In this document: positions 30,470 to 39,585 of the stretch, one piece after another
How the letters are laid out: each line of letters begins with the position of its first letter
Position numbering within the stretch: the stretch's first letter is position 1
Source: Dehalococcoidia bacterium
GTDB taxonomy: Bacteria; Chloroflexota; Dehalococcoidia; GIF9; UBA5629
Assembly: GCA_050011565.1 (NCBI GenBank)
Contig: JBEKIW010000002.1
Location: forward strand, 64,001-128,000
Direction: 5' to 3'
DNA length: 64,000 bases
Made by a program: the position numbers and the translations under genes
The notes under the pieces: generated by a model
What the model saw: only the letters and a program-made list of their open reading frames with translations
What the model was told of the DNA's origin: nothing
Database searches by the model: none

Positions 30470-31636
30470 TTGAAAAACTCATTAGCATATACTCTTATAA
30501 CGTTGTACATCGTAGCCTTCGTCGGCTACGCCGGTTTCAGCTTTATGTTTCCGGTCATACCGCTCTATGCCGCGGACATCGGAGCGCCGGTATCCGAGGT
30601 CGGTGTTATAGTAGCCACGATGTCCTACGTCACGGCTATCTTTCTGATTCCGTTCGGTATGCTCTCAGACAAATTCGGTCGTCCAAAACTTTTGATTGGT
30701 GGCTTGATCATTTTCACTTTGACCCCGCTGCTCTACCCGCTGGCTCATAGCACCGGGCAGCTCATTCTGGTCAGGGCGATTCACGGCCTGGGTGCAGCAG
30801 CCTTCCTGCCCGCAGCCATCGCCCTGGTAGTGGACTTAACACCACCTAGCAGACGAGGCACGGCTATCGGCTGGTACACGGCATCGCTACAACTGGGACT
30901 GATGGCCGGACCTATAACCGGCGGCTTCCTGGCTGGCCGGTTCGGCTTCAATGCCGCCTTTTACGGCTGCGCCGCCATCTCATTCGTGGGTCTGGCTCTG
31001 GCCTTTTCTAGGCTCCGTGATATCGCACACGAGCCTGTGGCTACTCCAGAAGTAAATCTCTCACCGTGGAGCTGGCTGGGCCATCCACTGGCCATCGCCG
31101 TCATGCTGGCACCATTGCTGGTGGCTTTAGGCTCGGGCACCATCAGCAGCTATATTCCGCTTTACGGACAGCGGTTCGATTTGACCGAGGCCGATGCCGG
31201 CGCCATCATCACCTCCCTTTACGCCAGCTCAGCCTTGCTGCGGGCGCCCTCCGGCAGGTTGGCCGATAAAATAGACCGGAAGCTGCTGCTCGGCTGTGGC
31301 GTGGGCATAAGCGCCGTAGCCGTTTCGCTTTTCCCCTTCTTTCACGGCCTGGCACAGTTTATCGTTATCGGCATCATCTTCGGTATCGGCATGGGCCTGG
31401 CTATGCCAGCCAGCCTGGCCATGGCCGCCGATTTTTCGTCAGCTAGCGGTAGAGCCTTATCCATGGCCATACCCACCTGCTCCTTTAATATCGGCTTGGC
31501 CATGGGACCTACCATCATGGGATTTGTGGCCAACGCCAGAGGTTATGAGACCATGTTCCTGTCCTGTGCCGCCAGCCTGGCCTTAGGTCTAATCATCATG
31601 CTCGGCTTGATGCGAGCTCAAAGGGTGCCGGCATGA
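30470..31636 (+). CDS. MFS transporter
   Basis: Multiple TM helices; GMLSDKFGR and GRLADKIDRK motif A copies. Confidence 0.92.
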   Translation: MKNSLAYTLITLYIVAFVGYAGFSFMFPVIPLYAADIGAPVSEVGVIVATMSYVTAIFLIPFGMLSDKFGRPKLLIGGLIIFTLTPLLYPLAHSTGQLILVRAIHGLGAAAFLPAAIALVVDLTPPSRRGTAIGWYTASLQLGLMAGPITGGFLAGRFGFNAAFYGCAAISFVGLALAFSRLRDIAHEPVATPEVNLSPWSWLGHPLAIAVMLAPLLVALGSGTISSYIPLYGQRFDLTEADAGAIITSLYASSALLRAPSGRLADKIDRKLLLGCGVGISAVAVSLFPFFHGLAQFIVIGIIFGIGMGLAMPASLAMAADFSSASGRALSMAIPTCSFNIGLAMGPTIMGFVANARGYETMFLSCAASLALGLIIMLGLMRAQRVPA

Positions 31637-32154
31637 AGGTGGTGCTACATATATGCTGCGGCGTTTGTGCTGCCGGCGCAGCGGAAGCGCTGAACAGAGA
31701 GGGACATCAGGTCATCGGCTTTTTCTACAATCCTAATATTCACCCCTCGGAAGAGTACCAAAAAAGACTGGATGTCGCCGCCAAAGTAGCTAAACAGTTG
31801 AATTTCCCGTTGGAAGCCGGGCCTTACACGCCGGAAGAATGGTTTAACCTGACCGGTTCCTTGAAGGACGAACCTGAAGGCGGCAGGAGATGCCAGGTCT
31901 GCTACAGGCTGCGTCTGGAAAAGACCTACGACTACATGGTGGCTTGCGGTGCCGATGCCTTCACCACCACGCTGACAATCAGCCCCCACAAGTCGGCACA
32001 GGTAATCAACGGCATAGGTCTGGAAATAGGCGGCGAGAAGTTTCTAATCAGGGACTTTAAGAAAAAGGACGGCTTCAAGCGGGCGGTGCAGCTAGCCAAA
32101 CAGTGGGAGCTCTACCGGCAGGACTATTGCGGCTGTATGTACAGCATTAGATAA
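31633..32154 (+). CDS. queH: Epoxyqueuosine reductase QueH
   Basis: HICCGVC, FYNPNIHP, RCQVCY.LRL, YRQDYCGC.YS. Confidence 0.92.
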   Translation: MKVVLHICCGVCAAGAAEALNREGHQVIGFFYNPNIHPSEEYQKRLDVAAKVAKQLNFPLEAGPYTPEEWFNLTGSLKDEPEGGRRCQVCYRLRLEKTYDYMVACGADAFTTTLTISPHKSAQVINGIGLEIGGEKFLIRDFKKKDGFKRAVQLAKQWELYRQDYCGCMYSIR

Positions 32155-32159
32155 ATGGG

Positions 32160-32366
32160 TTATCGCCCTTTTCCGCGGAAGGTCTCGATAAATCTCTCGA
32201 TGGAGCGGTCGTAAGTCCTCTCGACATCAGCCGGGAAATAACACGCCGGCAGCTCACCCAACTTCTGGTGATAGGTGACACATTCGCAGCAAATGCCTTT
32301 CCTGGAACACGGTTCGTAGGTGCAGTTGCACTTTGACTTATTCTGTTCAATTTTGCATTCTCTCAT
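32160..32366 (-). CDS. Small Cys-rich protein (DUF6485-like)
   Basis: [20 protein letters not shown]...ELPACYF...E.TYDRS; 8 Cys; GGGAG RBS. Confidence 0.75.
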   Translation of the reverse strand: MRECKIEQNKSKCNCTYEPCSRKGICCECVTYHQKLGELPACYFPADVERTYDRSIERFIETFRGKGR

Positions 32367-32391
32367 AGCAACTCCCTATGTAATCACACTT

Positions 32392-33552
32392 CTACTTCCT
32401 CTGGTCGAATCTCCGGCCTAAGAGAAGTGAAGCAATGGTAATTCTCTGAATTTCGATAGTCCCACCGGCAACACCCCAGCCCCAACCATCGCGCATCATC
32501 CGCTCCACGGGGTATTCCTTGGAGTAGCCGTAGCCGCCGTGTATCTGCAGCGCCATACCGGTAACCTCTCTCACCATCTGATTGGCAAAGCACTTGGCCA
32601 GGTTAGCTTCCAGCGGGATGGGCAATCCCGTAGCGGCATTTGACGTAGCCCTGTAGATAAGTAGACGGGCGGCCTCGACTTTTATAGCCATTTCTGCCAG
32701 CATGAACTGAACTGCCTGGAACTGGCATATCTCTTTGCCCCACTGCTTCCTCTGCTGCGAATAAGCCATGGCTTCCTCCAGCGCTCCCTGGGCTATACCC
32801 AAGCACATCGTCGAGTTGCCGCATCGCTCCAGGTCGAAGGCAGTCATCAGCTTTCTAAACTCGCCCTCCTTGACCACGAGGTTTTCCTTGGGAACACGGC
32901 AGTCCTCGAAAATCAGGTCGCAGCTGGGAAAGCCTCTCATGCCCATAAACTGCTCCTGCTTGCCGAAAGAGAAACCGGGCATCCCTTTCTCAATGATTAA
33001 CCCACCGATGCCTTTAGCACCTTTCTGCTCGCTCAGCCTGACGTAAACGACATAAACATCAGAGGCGCCGCCGCCGGTAATAAATCTTTTCATGCCGTTA
33101 ACTATATAATGGTCGCCTTTCAATACCGCCCTGGTGGTCAGGTCGGTCAGTGCCGACCCGGCCTCCGGCTCGGTCATGCCGACGGAGATCATCGATTCAC
33201 CGGTGCACACAGGCGGTATATACTTTTGTTTCTGCTCCTCGGTGCCAAATTGCTCGATGACCTTGACCGGACCGACGTTGGATTCGAAAACAGGTGAAGC
33301 GCATAAACAGGACACACGTGCCAGCTCTTCGATGGCCAGAATAGCTTCAAAGGCCGAACGCCCCTGTCCTCCGTAGTTGACGGGAAGACACAAACCTAAA
33401 AGGCCTAAATCCGCCAGTTTTTTAACGTATTCGTGGGGTAAGTGTTCCGCCCCGGCTTCCCATTCCGCCGCCTTCGGTCGAAACTCCTTTTCCGCCACAT
33501 CATGCACCATCTTTTTCAGCATCTTCTGGTCTTCGGTCAATTGAAAGTCCAT
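32392..33552 (-). CDS. Acyl-CoA dehydrogenase
   Basis: MTEPEAGSAL, NGMKRFIT, QIHGGYGYSKEYPVER.MRD. Confidence 0.95.
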   Translation of the reverse strand: MDFQLTEDQKMLKKMVHDVAEKEFRPKAAEWEAGAEHLPHEYVKKLADLGLLGLCLPVNYGGQGRSAFEAILAIEELARVSCLCASPVFESNVGPVKVIEQFGTEEQKQKYIPPVCTGESMISVGMTEPEAGSALTDLTTRAVLKGDHYIVNGMKRFITGGGASDVYVVYVRLSEQKGAKGIGGLIIEKGMPGFSFGKQEQFMGMRGFPSCDLIFEDCRVPKENLVVKEGEFRKLMTAFDLERCGNSTMCLGIAQGALEEAMAYSQQRKQWGKEICQFQAVQFMLAEMAIKVEAARLLIYRATSNAATGLPIPLEANLAKCFANQMVREVTGMALQIHGGYGYSKEYPVERMMRDGWGWGVAGGTIEIQRITIASLLLGRRFDQRK

Positions 33553-33650
33553 CTTCTGCTCCTTGTGATTTATGGGCGCCGTCTCGGTATTTTATGCTGC
33601 CACTGAATTTTTTACAATTAGTATCCCTACCTTATGACTATTCGCGCAAA

Positions 33651-33705
33651 TGTAGTGGCGAGGCTTTAGCCTCGCCAAGTTCGATCTTAAAAGGTCGAAC
33701 CTGCA
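33651..33705. repeat. GTAG-type REP doublet
   Basis: TGTAG + TGGCGAGGCT-TT-AGCCTCGCCA + GTTCGATCT-TAAA-AGGTCGAAC + CTGCA (near inverse of TGTAG). Confidence 0.75.
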
Positions 33706-33782
33706 TGTTTTGCTTGGTTGCCATCCGTTGAGGAATTTTGCTAAGCTGAAAAAAGACATGCCAACGCAAAGGAGACCAAACC

Positions 33783-34784
33783 ATGAAACTGGTGACTTCT
33801 GAAATTTCCACCGCTCTAGGGCCGGTGCAGCGCATCGGGGCAATACGCCACGATAGAATCATCGACCTCAACATGGGCTATACGCGCTACCTTGCCGATA
33901 AGCACGACAACGGCCGGCATTATGAACTGGCCGCGGCAGTGCTGCCGTCTGATATGATTTCCTTTTTCCGCAGCGGTAAGGAAGGCAGAGAGGCAGCCCA
34001 GACAACCATAGATTACGTAGCGAAGAAGCAGTCAAAAGCACCCATCATGGGACCCGAGGGTGAAAAAATAGTTTATGAGATGGCCGAGGTCAAGCTCAAG
34101 GCTCCGGTGCCCCGGCCGAATTCCCTTCGGGACTACCTTGCCTTCGAAGGCCATGCCAGCCGGTCCGGGCAAAAGAAACTGGACAAGGCCTGGTATGAGA
34201 TGCCGGTCTGCTACCGGGGTAATCCGGACACGGTTATCGGGCCCGATGAAATTATCCCCTGGCCAAGTTATACGGATTTGCTCGACTACGAGCTGGAGTA
34301 CGGCATCTACATAGGCAAAGAGGGCAAGAACATCCCACGTGAAAAAGCAGAAGAATACATTGCCGGTTACACTATCTTAAACGATATCAGCGCCCGCGAC
34401 ATACAGTTGCGGGAGATGGTAGTCGGCCTCGGTCCGGTCAAAGGTAAGGACTTCTGCAGCGCTATGGGGCCTTGTCTGGTGACACCGGACGAGGTGAACC
34501 CGGCGAACATGCGCATGATAGCACGCATCAACGGTGAGGTCTGGTCGGACAATAACAGCGGCACCAGCTACTGGACCTGGCCTCAGATTATCGAGTTCGC
34601 CTCCATGGAAGAAACGCTCTATCCCGGCGACTTCCTCGGCTCGGGAACTGTGGAGATGGGCTGCGGCGGCGAGTTGAACAGATGGATTCAGCCCGGCGAC
34701 GTCATCGAATTGGAAGTGGAGGGCATCGGCATACTCAGAAATCGGGTCGGCGACAAGCCACCGAAGCGGACTTTCACCCGCTGA
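33783..34784 (+). CDS. Fumarylacetoacetate hydrolase family protein
   Basis: LDYELE, NDISARD.Q, KGKDF, PGDFLGSGT. Confidence 0.93.
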   Translation: MKLVTSEISTALGPVQRIGAIRHDRIIDLNMGYTRYLADKHDNGRHYELAAAVLPSDMISFFRSGKEGREAAQTTIDYVAKKQSKAPIMGPEGEKIVYEMAEVKLKAPVPRPNSLRDYLAFEGHASRSGQKKLDKAWYEMPVCYRGNPDTVIGPDEIIPWPSYTDLLDYELEYGIYIGKEGKNIPREKAEEYIAGYTILNDISARDIQLREMVVGLGPVKGKDFCSAMGPCLVTPDEVNPANMRMIARINGEVWSDNNSGTSYWTWPQIIEFASMEETLYPGDFLGSGTVEMGCGGELNRWIQPGDVIELEVEGIGILRNRVGDKPPKRTFTR

Positions 34785-34862
34785 GGTTTGCCATTTTTAA
34801 CGCAATGGGCCGGGAACAGATGCTCCTGGCTACCCACTCACTTCAATCTGCCGGAAAAAACA

Positions 34863-35726
34863 TTACTTCGTACCAAACAGCGTGTAGAAACCTTTGCCGA
34901 CTTTTCTGCCCAGATAGCCGATTTCCACCATTCTCTTGAGCAACGGCACCGGCTTATATCTTTCCCATCCGGTCTGCTTGTAAATCTCCTCCAGCAGGTC
35001 TACGCCGACATCCACACCAACCAGGTCGCACAACTCGAACGGACCCATAGGCCAGTTGAAAGACAACCTGACAATTTTGTCTATATCCTCCATGGAAGCC
35101 AGCCCCTCTTCCAGTAATCTGGCGCCCTCGTTCATCACCAGCGGTATCAGCCTATTGGTGATAAAACCGGGCGAATCTTTAACCAGCACCGTTTCCTTGC
35201 CTATAGACTTGCCAAAATCGAGGCTGACTTTTATGGTCTCCTCCGAGGTAAGCAGCGACTTGACCACCTCCAGGCCTCTCATCATGGGCACCGGGCTGAA
35301 AAAGTGCATGCCGATGACCTTTTCCGGGCGTTTGGTTGCCGAAGCCAGCAGACCTATAGGTATGCCGGAGGTGTTGGATGCCAGTATGGTCTCCTTGGGG
35401 CATATCTCTTCCAGCTGCTGGAAGATGGGCATCTTGACTTCAGCCCTTTCAAAGACCGCCTCGATAACGTAGTCGGCGTCTTTAGCCGCCTGCTTTAAGT
35501 CTATCGAGGTGTGAATATCTGCCATCGCCTTATCCATATCGGTCTGGCTGACTCTGCCCTTCTCTACAAACCTGCCCAGGCTGGCTTTTATAGCCCCCAT
35601 TCCCCTGTCGATGAATTCCTGCTTAACATCAACCATGGTCGTTTCATAACCGGCTTGAGCTACCACCTGGGTTATGCCATTGCCCATCGTTCCCGAGCCG
35701 ATAATACAAATTTTCTTTATAGCCAT
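34863..35726 (-). CDS. 3-hydroxyacyl-CoA (3-hydroxybutyryl-CoA) dehydrogenase
   Basis: IIGSGTMGNGI, ASNTS, GMHFFSP, PGFITNRL, PMGPFEL.D.VG; ATG at 35726 follows a GGAGG RBS. Confidence 0.93.
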   Translation of the reverse strand: MAIKKICIIGSGTMGNGITQVVAQAGYETTMVDVKQEFIDRGMGAIKASLGRFVEKGRVSQTDMDKAMADIHTSIDLKQAAKDADYVIEAVFERAEVKMPIFQQLEEICPKETILASNTSGIPIGLLASATKRPEKVIGMHFFSPVPMMRGLEVVKSLLTSEETIKVSLDFGKSIGKETVLVKDSPGFITNRLIPLVMNEGARLLEEGLASMEDIDKIVRLSFNWPMGPFELCDLVGVDVGVDLLEEIYKQTGWERYKPVPLLKRMVEIGYLGRKVGKGFYTLFGTK

Positions 35727-35893
35727 TTTCGTTCCCTCCAATAATTTTGGCTTATTTTATCATGAAATCCTGCACTCGGTAACTCATTAAACACAGAATA
35801 CATGGGCTTAAGAGATATGTGACCTTTGCTGATATCACACTTAAAAGGTTATAATAGCACCTCGCATGCCAGGACCAATTCTCAGCTAATCAA

Positions 35894-38053
35894 ATGAAAA
35901 TACTACATCAAATCGAATATAAACCGGCCAAAGTTGTCGGCGGGTACACAGACCGTATACTCAGAGTCGACCTCGGTAAGCCCGAAATCACCATCCAGAA
36001 GCTACCGCCTGATTTTAAGAACAAGTACATCGGCGGACGCGGCTATGCACTCAAGCTGATTTGGGACGGTACCACGAGGGAAACCCACTATGATAGTCCC
36101 GAGAACATTCTGGTAATGTCCAGTGGCCCACTGGGCAATGAGCCTGCATTTCCGGGAACGGGAAAATTCATAGTCGGCACTATTTCTCCCCTGACAGATA
36201 CGTTTATCGATTCCAATATCGGCGGCCACTTCGGGCCAATATTGAAACGCGCCGGCTTCGATGCACTGGCTGTCTCCGGCGTATCCAAGCAAGACGTGGT
36301 CATTTTGATTGACGGCGATGCGCGGACCATAGCCATTGCCGCTGCGCCTGCCTACGATAAAGAAACCGACGAGGGTGCCCTTTCCTTTGGCGAAAGGCTG
36401 CTGAAAGAGGTTAACGATGGAGAGCTTAACGATTCTATGGCTGCCGTAACCGCCGGCAAAGGCGCCTGCAATGCCAGGTTCGGTATTGTCAATAGCCTGT
36501 TCTTCGATGTCAGGCGGAAGCGCCTCCGCTCCAAACAGGCCGGCAGAGGCGGCACCGGAACCGTCATGCGCTACAAGGGACTACGAGGTATTGTGGTTCG
36601 CTCCAATCTTTCAAAGGTTAATGCTAATAATGCTATAGACAAAGAAGGCGTGCGCCAGGCAGGCTCAAAGCTGAAGGCGGTCGTCTCCAAGTGCGATACT
36701 CAACAGCTCCATCTGTCTACATGGGGCACCACCGGCCTATCCGAATATATGGACAAATTCCACCTGTTCCCCATCAATAACTATCAATACGGGCAGAGCC
36801 CCGAGTCACCCAAGCTCTTTGCGCAGGTCTTCCTAGAAAAGTACTTTGACAAGAAGATACCCGATGGCTGTTACTATGGCTGCAATCTGGCATGTGCCAA
36901 GGGTGCTGAAAATGTTAAGCTGACGCGGGGACCAAAGGCAGGGCGGGTGGTTAACATCGACGGTCCTGAATATGAAACCGTGGGCGCCGTCTCCTCGATG
37001 GGTATTTTCGACCCCCATTTCGTTATGGAATACAACTGGTACTGCGATGAATACGGGCTCGATACCATCTCCACAGGCGTGACCATCAGCTTTTTCATGG
37101 AATGTGTTCAGCGCGGCTTTTTAACAGCCGCTGACACAGGCTATGAGCTGGCATTCGGCAATATTGAGGCTGCGGACAGGCTGCTGCACGAAATCGCCAG
37201 CGGCACAGGTTTCGGTAAAATTGTCGGCCAGGGTGTTGCCAGAGGCAAGAAATGGGTAGCCGAGAGACATGCCACCAGAAATGGCACTTCTCAAGACGCC
37301 GTCATGGCGGAGCTCAACAAGTTCGGCATGGAAATTAAAGGCCTTGAGTTCTCTATGTACATTACCAAAGAGTCGCTCGCCCAGCAGGGCGGCTATGGCT
37401 TTGCCCTCAAGGGACCGCAACATGACGAGGCGTGGCTTATTTTCATCGACCAGGTCCACAAAGAGCTGCCGACCCTGGAGCACAAGGCGAATGCGCTTAA
37501 GTGGTTCCCCCTGATTCGCACTTGGTTTAACGCCACCGGGCTGTGCAAGCTGCCGTGGATAGACGTCCGAAATCCGGAGGCAGCTAGTACTGCCGAGCCA
37601 TCCAAGAATATCCCAACGCTGGAGTATTACGTCGCGTATCTCAATGCCACCACAGGCAGCAATAAAACACTCCAGGACGTCCTGGACGATTCGGAAAGGC
37701 TGTACATACTTCAAAAGCTAATCAATCTGCGTCACGGAAAAGGGACGAGGGCCAGCGACCAGATTCCCCAGAGGGCAATAGGTCCTGCCTATTTCAATGA
37801 GTATGAAGCCCGTGCTGAGTACTACGACGAATGGCTGCAGCAACAGCTGGGTGATAAACTAGTTCCGGCAAGTCCGGAACAAAGGCACAAGCTGCTCATG
37901 GAGAAAAGGGCTGAAGCTTATCAGAATCTGTGCGATATCGTTTACGAAAAGAAAGGCTTCGCCTCCGATGGTATACCCAGGCGCGAGACGGTTGAGAAAT
38001 TCGGCCTTATGGACGAGCAGGCAAAGCAGCTGCTAAGCCGGTTAGGCGTGTAA
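35894..38053 (+). CDS. Aldehyde:ferredoxin oxidoreductase family (tungsto/molybdopterin)
   Basis: YIGGRG, SPLT, AGRGGTG.VM, CYYGCNLAC, GPEYET, DEYGLDTIS. Confidence 0.92.
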   Translation: MKILHQIEYKPAKVVGGYTDRILRVDLGKPEITIQKLPPDFKNKYIGGRGYALKLIWDGTTRETHYDSPENILVMSSGPLGNEPAFPGTGKFIVGTISPLTDTFIDSNIGGHFGPILKRAGFDALAVSGVSKQDVVILIDGDARTIAIAAAPAYDKETDEGALSFGERLLKEVNDGELNDSMAAVTAGKGACNARFGIVNSLFFDVRRKRLRSKQAGRGGTGTVMRYKGLRGIVVRSNLSKVNANNAIDKEGVRQAGSKLKAVVSKCDTQQLHLSTWGTTGLSEYMDKFHLFPINNYQYGQSPESPKLFAQVFLEKYFDKKIPDGCYYGCNLACAKGAENVKLTRGPKAGRVVNIDGPEYETVGAVSSMGIFDPHFVMEYNWYCDEYGLDTISTGVTISFFMECVQRGFLTAADTGYELAFGNIEAADRLLHEIASGTGFGKIVGQGVARGKKWVAERHATRNGTSQDAVMAELNKFGMEIKGLEFSMYITKESLAQQGGYGFALKGPQHDEAWLIFIDQVHKELPTLEHKANALKWFPLIRTWFNATGLCKLPWIDVRNPEAASTAEPSKNIPTLEYYVAYLNATTGSNKTLQDVLDDSERLYILQKLINLRHGKGTRASDQIPQRAIGPAYFNEYEARAEYYDEWLQQQLGDKLVPASPEQRHKLLMEKRAEAYQNLCDIVYEKKGFASDGIPRRETVEKFGLMDEQAKQLLSRLGV

Positions 38054-38058
38054 TTAAG

Positions 38059-38304
38059 ATGGCGGCATCAATTAAGTTCCTGGGAATGCAGCGCACTGTA
38101 ACAAAGACAGATAGCATAGATATGCCCATAACTGAAAAGACCAGGGTCAATGATGCACTGGAATACGTCAGACAACGCTATCCCGAGCTCCCTTTGGAAG
38201 AAGGGATGGTACTGGTAACAGTCAACCTCGAGATAGCCGCTCCGGACAGGATTCTCAGGGACAGGGACACCATCTCATTTCTGCCGCTTATAGCCGGCGG
38301 CTGA
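38059..38304 (+). CDS. MoaD/ThiS family sulfur carrier
   Basis: 81 aa ending in AGG; directly after the AOR gene. Confidence 0.9.
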   Translation: MAASIKFLGMQRTVTKTDSIDMPITEKTRVNDALEYVRQRYPELPLEEGMVLVTVNLEIAAPDRILRDRDTISFLPLIAGG

Positions 38305-38373
38305 CTATTGGCTTCTCCCAGGTCATCGTATCTCTATTAATTCTTTTTATTTCGATAAAGGAGGTAAATTAGC

Positions 38374-38661
38374 ATGATAGTTGTAGCTGCGAAACTAAAG
38401 GCAGCGGAAGGCAAAGGAGATGAACTGGAGAAGGAATTCCGGAAGCTGGTACCCAAAGTACTTAAGGACCCGGGCGCCATAAGCTATGCCGTTCACCGCA
38501 AAGTGGATGCCCCGAATGAATTCTTGGTATACGAGAAATACGAAAGCGGAGAGGCTTTAAAATTTCATGGCTCGACTGAGCACTTCAAGGAGTTTTCGAA
38601 AGCTATCGCGTCTCTCTTGGAGGGACGCCCCGAGGTTGGGATATACAATGAGCTTGTCTGA
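38374..38661 (+). CDS. Antibiotic biosynthesis monooxygenase (ABM) family protein
   Basis: DPGAISY...EFLVYEKY...H.STEHF; AAGGAGG RBS. Confidence 0.85.
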   Translation: MIVVAAKLKAAEGKGDELEKEFRKLVPKVLKDPGAISYAVHRKVDAPNEFLVYEKYESGEALKFHGSTEHFKEFSKAIASLLEGRPEVGIYNELV

Positions 38662-38693
38662 AGCGCTTTGGTAGTGTTTAAATAATCGAGGTA

Positions 38694-39389
38694 TTACTCC
38701 CAGCCCTCGGCTGCCAGGGCATCGTGCAGTTCATCGGGGTGATGGCGGCACCTATACTCAAGCCGGCTTGACTCCTCATGTGCTTTACTGTAGGGCAATC
38801 CGCCTGCCATGCGGTTGCGTTCATGCAGTTCATGTAACAGGACAAAGCCGCGTTCCGCCTCTTCAATGGCGTCGTCTATCCACACCTCATTTTCAGGTAC
38901 GAATTCATATACATGGTCATGGCCGCCCTCGGTAAAGTCGATATCGAAGACGCTGCGGACCAGGCGACCGTTGACCACCCACACGCTGACGCCTTTCTCC
39001 AACTTTTTCCACAGCCGCTCGTGGACATCTTTAGCGTCTGGTAATTGTTGCCCGTGATGCGTCAACAGGCTGACGTCTCCGGCAAGTCGGCGTTCTCTAC
39101 GCTCCTGCCGGTCGGCCTCAACCAGAGCATTGTCATACGGCACACCTTTGGCCATAAGCCGGTGCTCTACCAGCAGGTGGTCGATGAAAAACAATGTCTC
39201 GTCGTGAGCAGCCTCACGGTCTATCCAGAGCTCGTTCAACGGAATATAGGTAAAGGCGAAATGCTGGCCGAAGTTGGTAAACTCCTCGTCGATGTGGCCG
39301 CGTATATAGCTGCCGTCGACAATCCAGACCGTCAAATCGCCTCGCTGGTCTATCTTCTTGATGTATGGCGGTTTCGGTGCCGTTGACAT
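38694..39389 (-). CDS. Hypothetical protein made of two homologous domains, the second with an HExxE...YxxAH motif
   Basis: VWIVDG..IR...FT..G.H....IP.NELWID versus VWVVNG..VR...FTEGGH....VP.NEVWID; AAGGTGA RBS supports ATG at 39389. Confidence 0.75.
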   Translation of the reverse strand: MSTAPKPPYIKKIDQRGDLTVWIVDGSYIRGHIDEEFTNFGQHFAFTYIPLNELWIDREAAHDETLFFIDHLLVEHRLMAKGVPYDNALVEADRQERRERRLAGDVSLLTHHGQQLPDAKDVHERLWKKLEKGVSVWVVNGRLVRSVFDIDFTEGGHDHVYEFVPENEVWIDDAIEEAERGFVLLHELHERNRMAGGLPYSKAHEESSRLEYRCRHHPDELHDALAAEGWE

Positions 39390-39585
39390 AGTCACCTTAA
39401 ATTTATTATAGACGGTAACATTAGTCAAGGCATAGATATATATTTGCTACCATATTTTCATAGAACCTGGGCTGAAAAGCAAGTGAGACGAGGCACAATC
39501 ATCACGCCTTGAACAGGTGGCTGCGGAATTAATGACGCACGCAAAAACCAACAAAGCAGGCTACTGTGCAGCGGGATGTGACCTT

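Noticed and set aside
35818-35839. CRP/FNR-like site upstream of the AOR gene
   Set aside because: The TGTGA and TCACA half-sites are 12 nt apart rather than 6.
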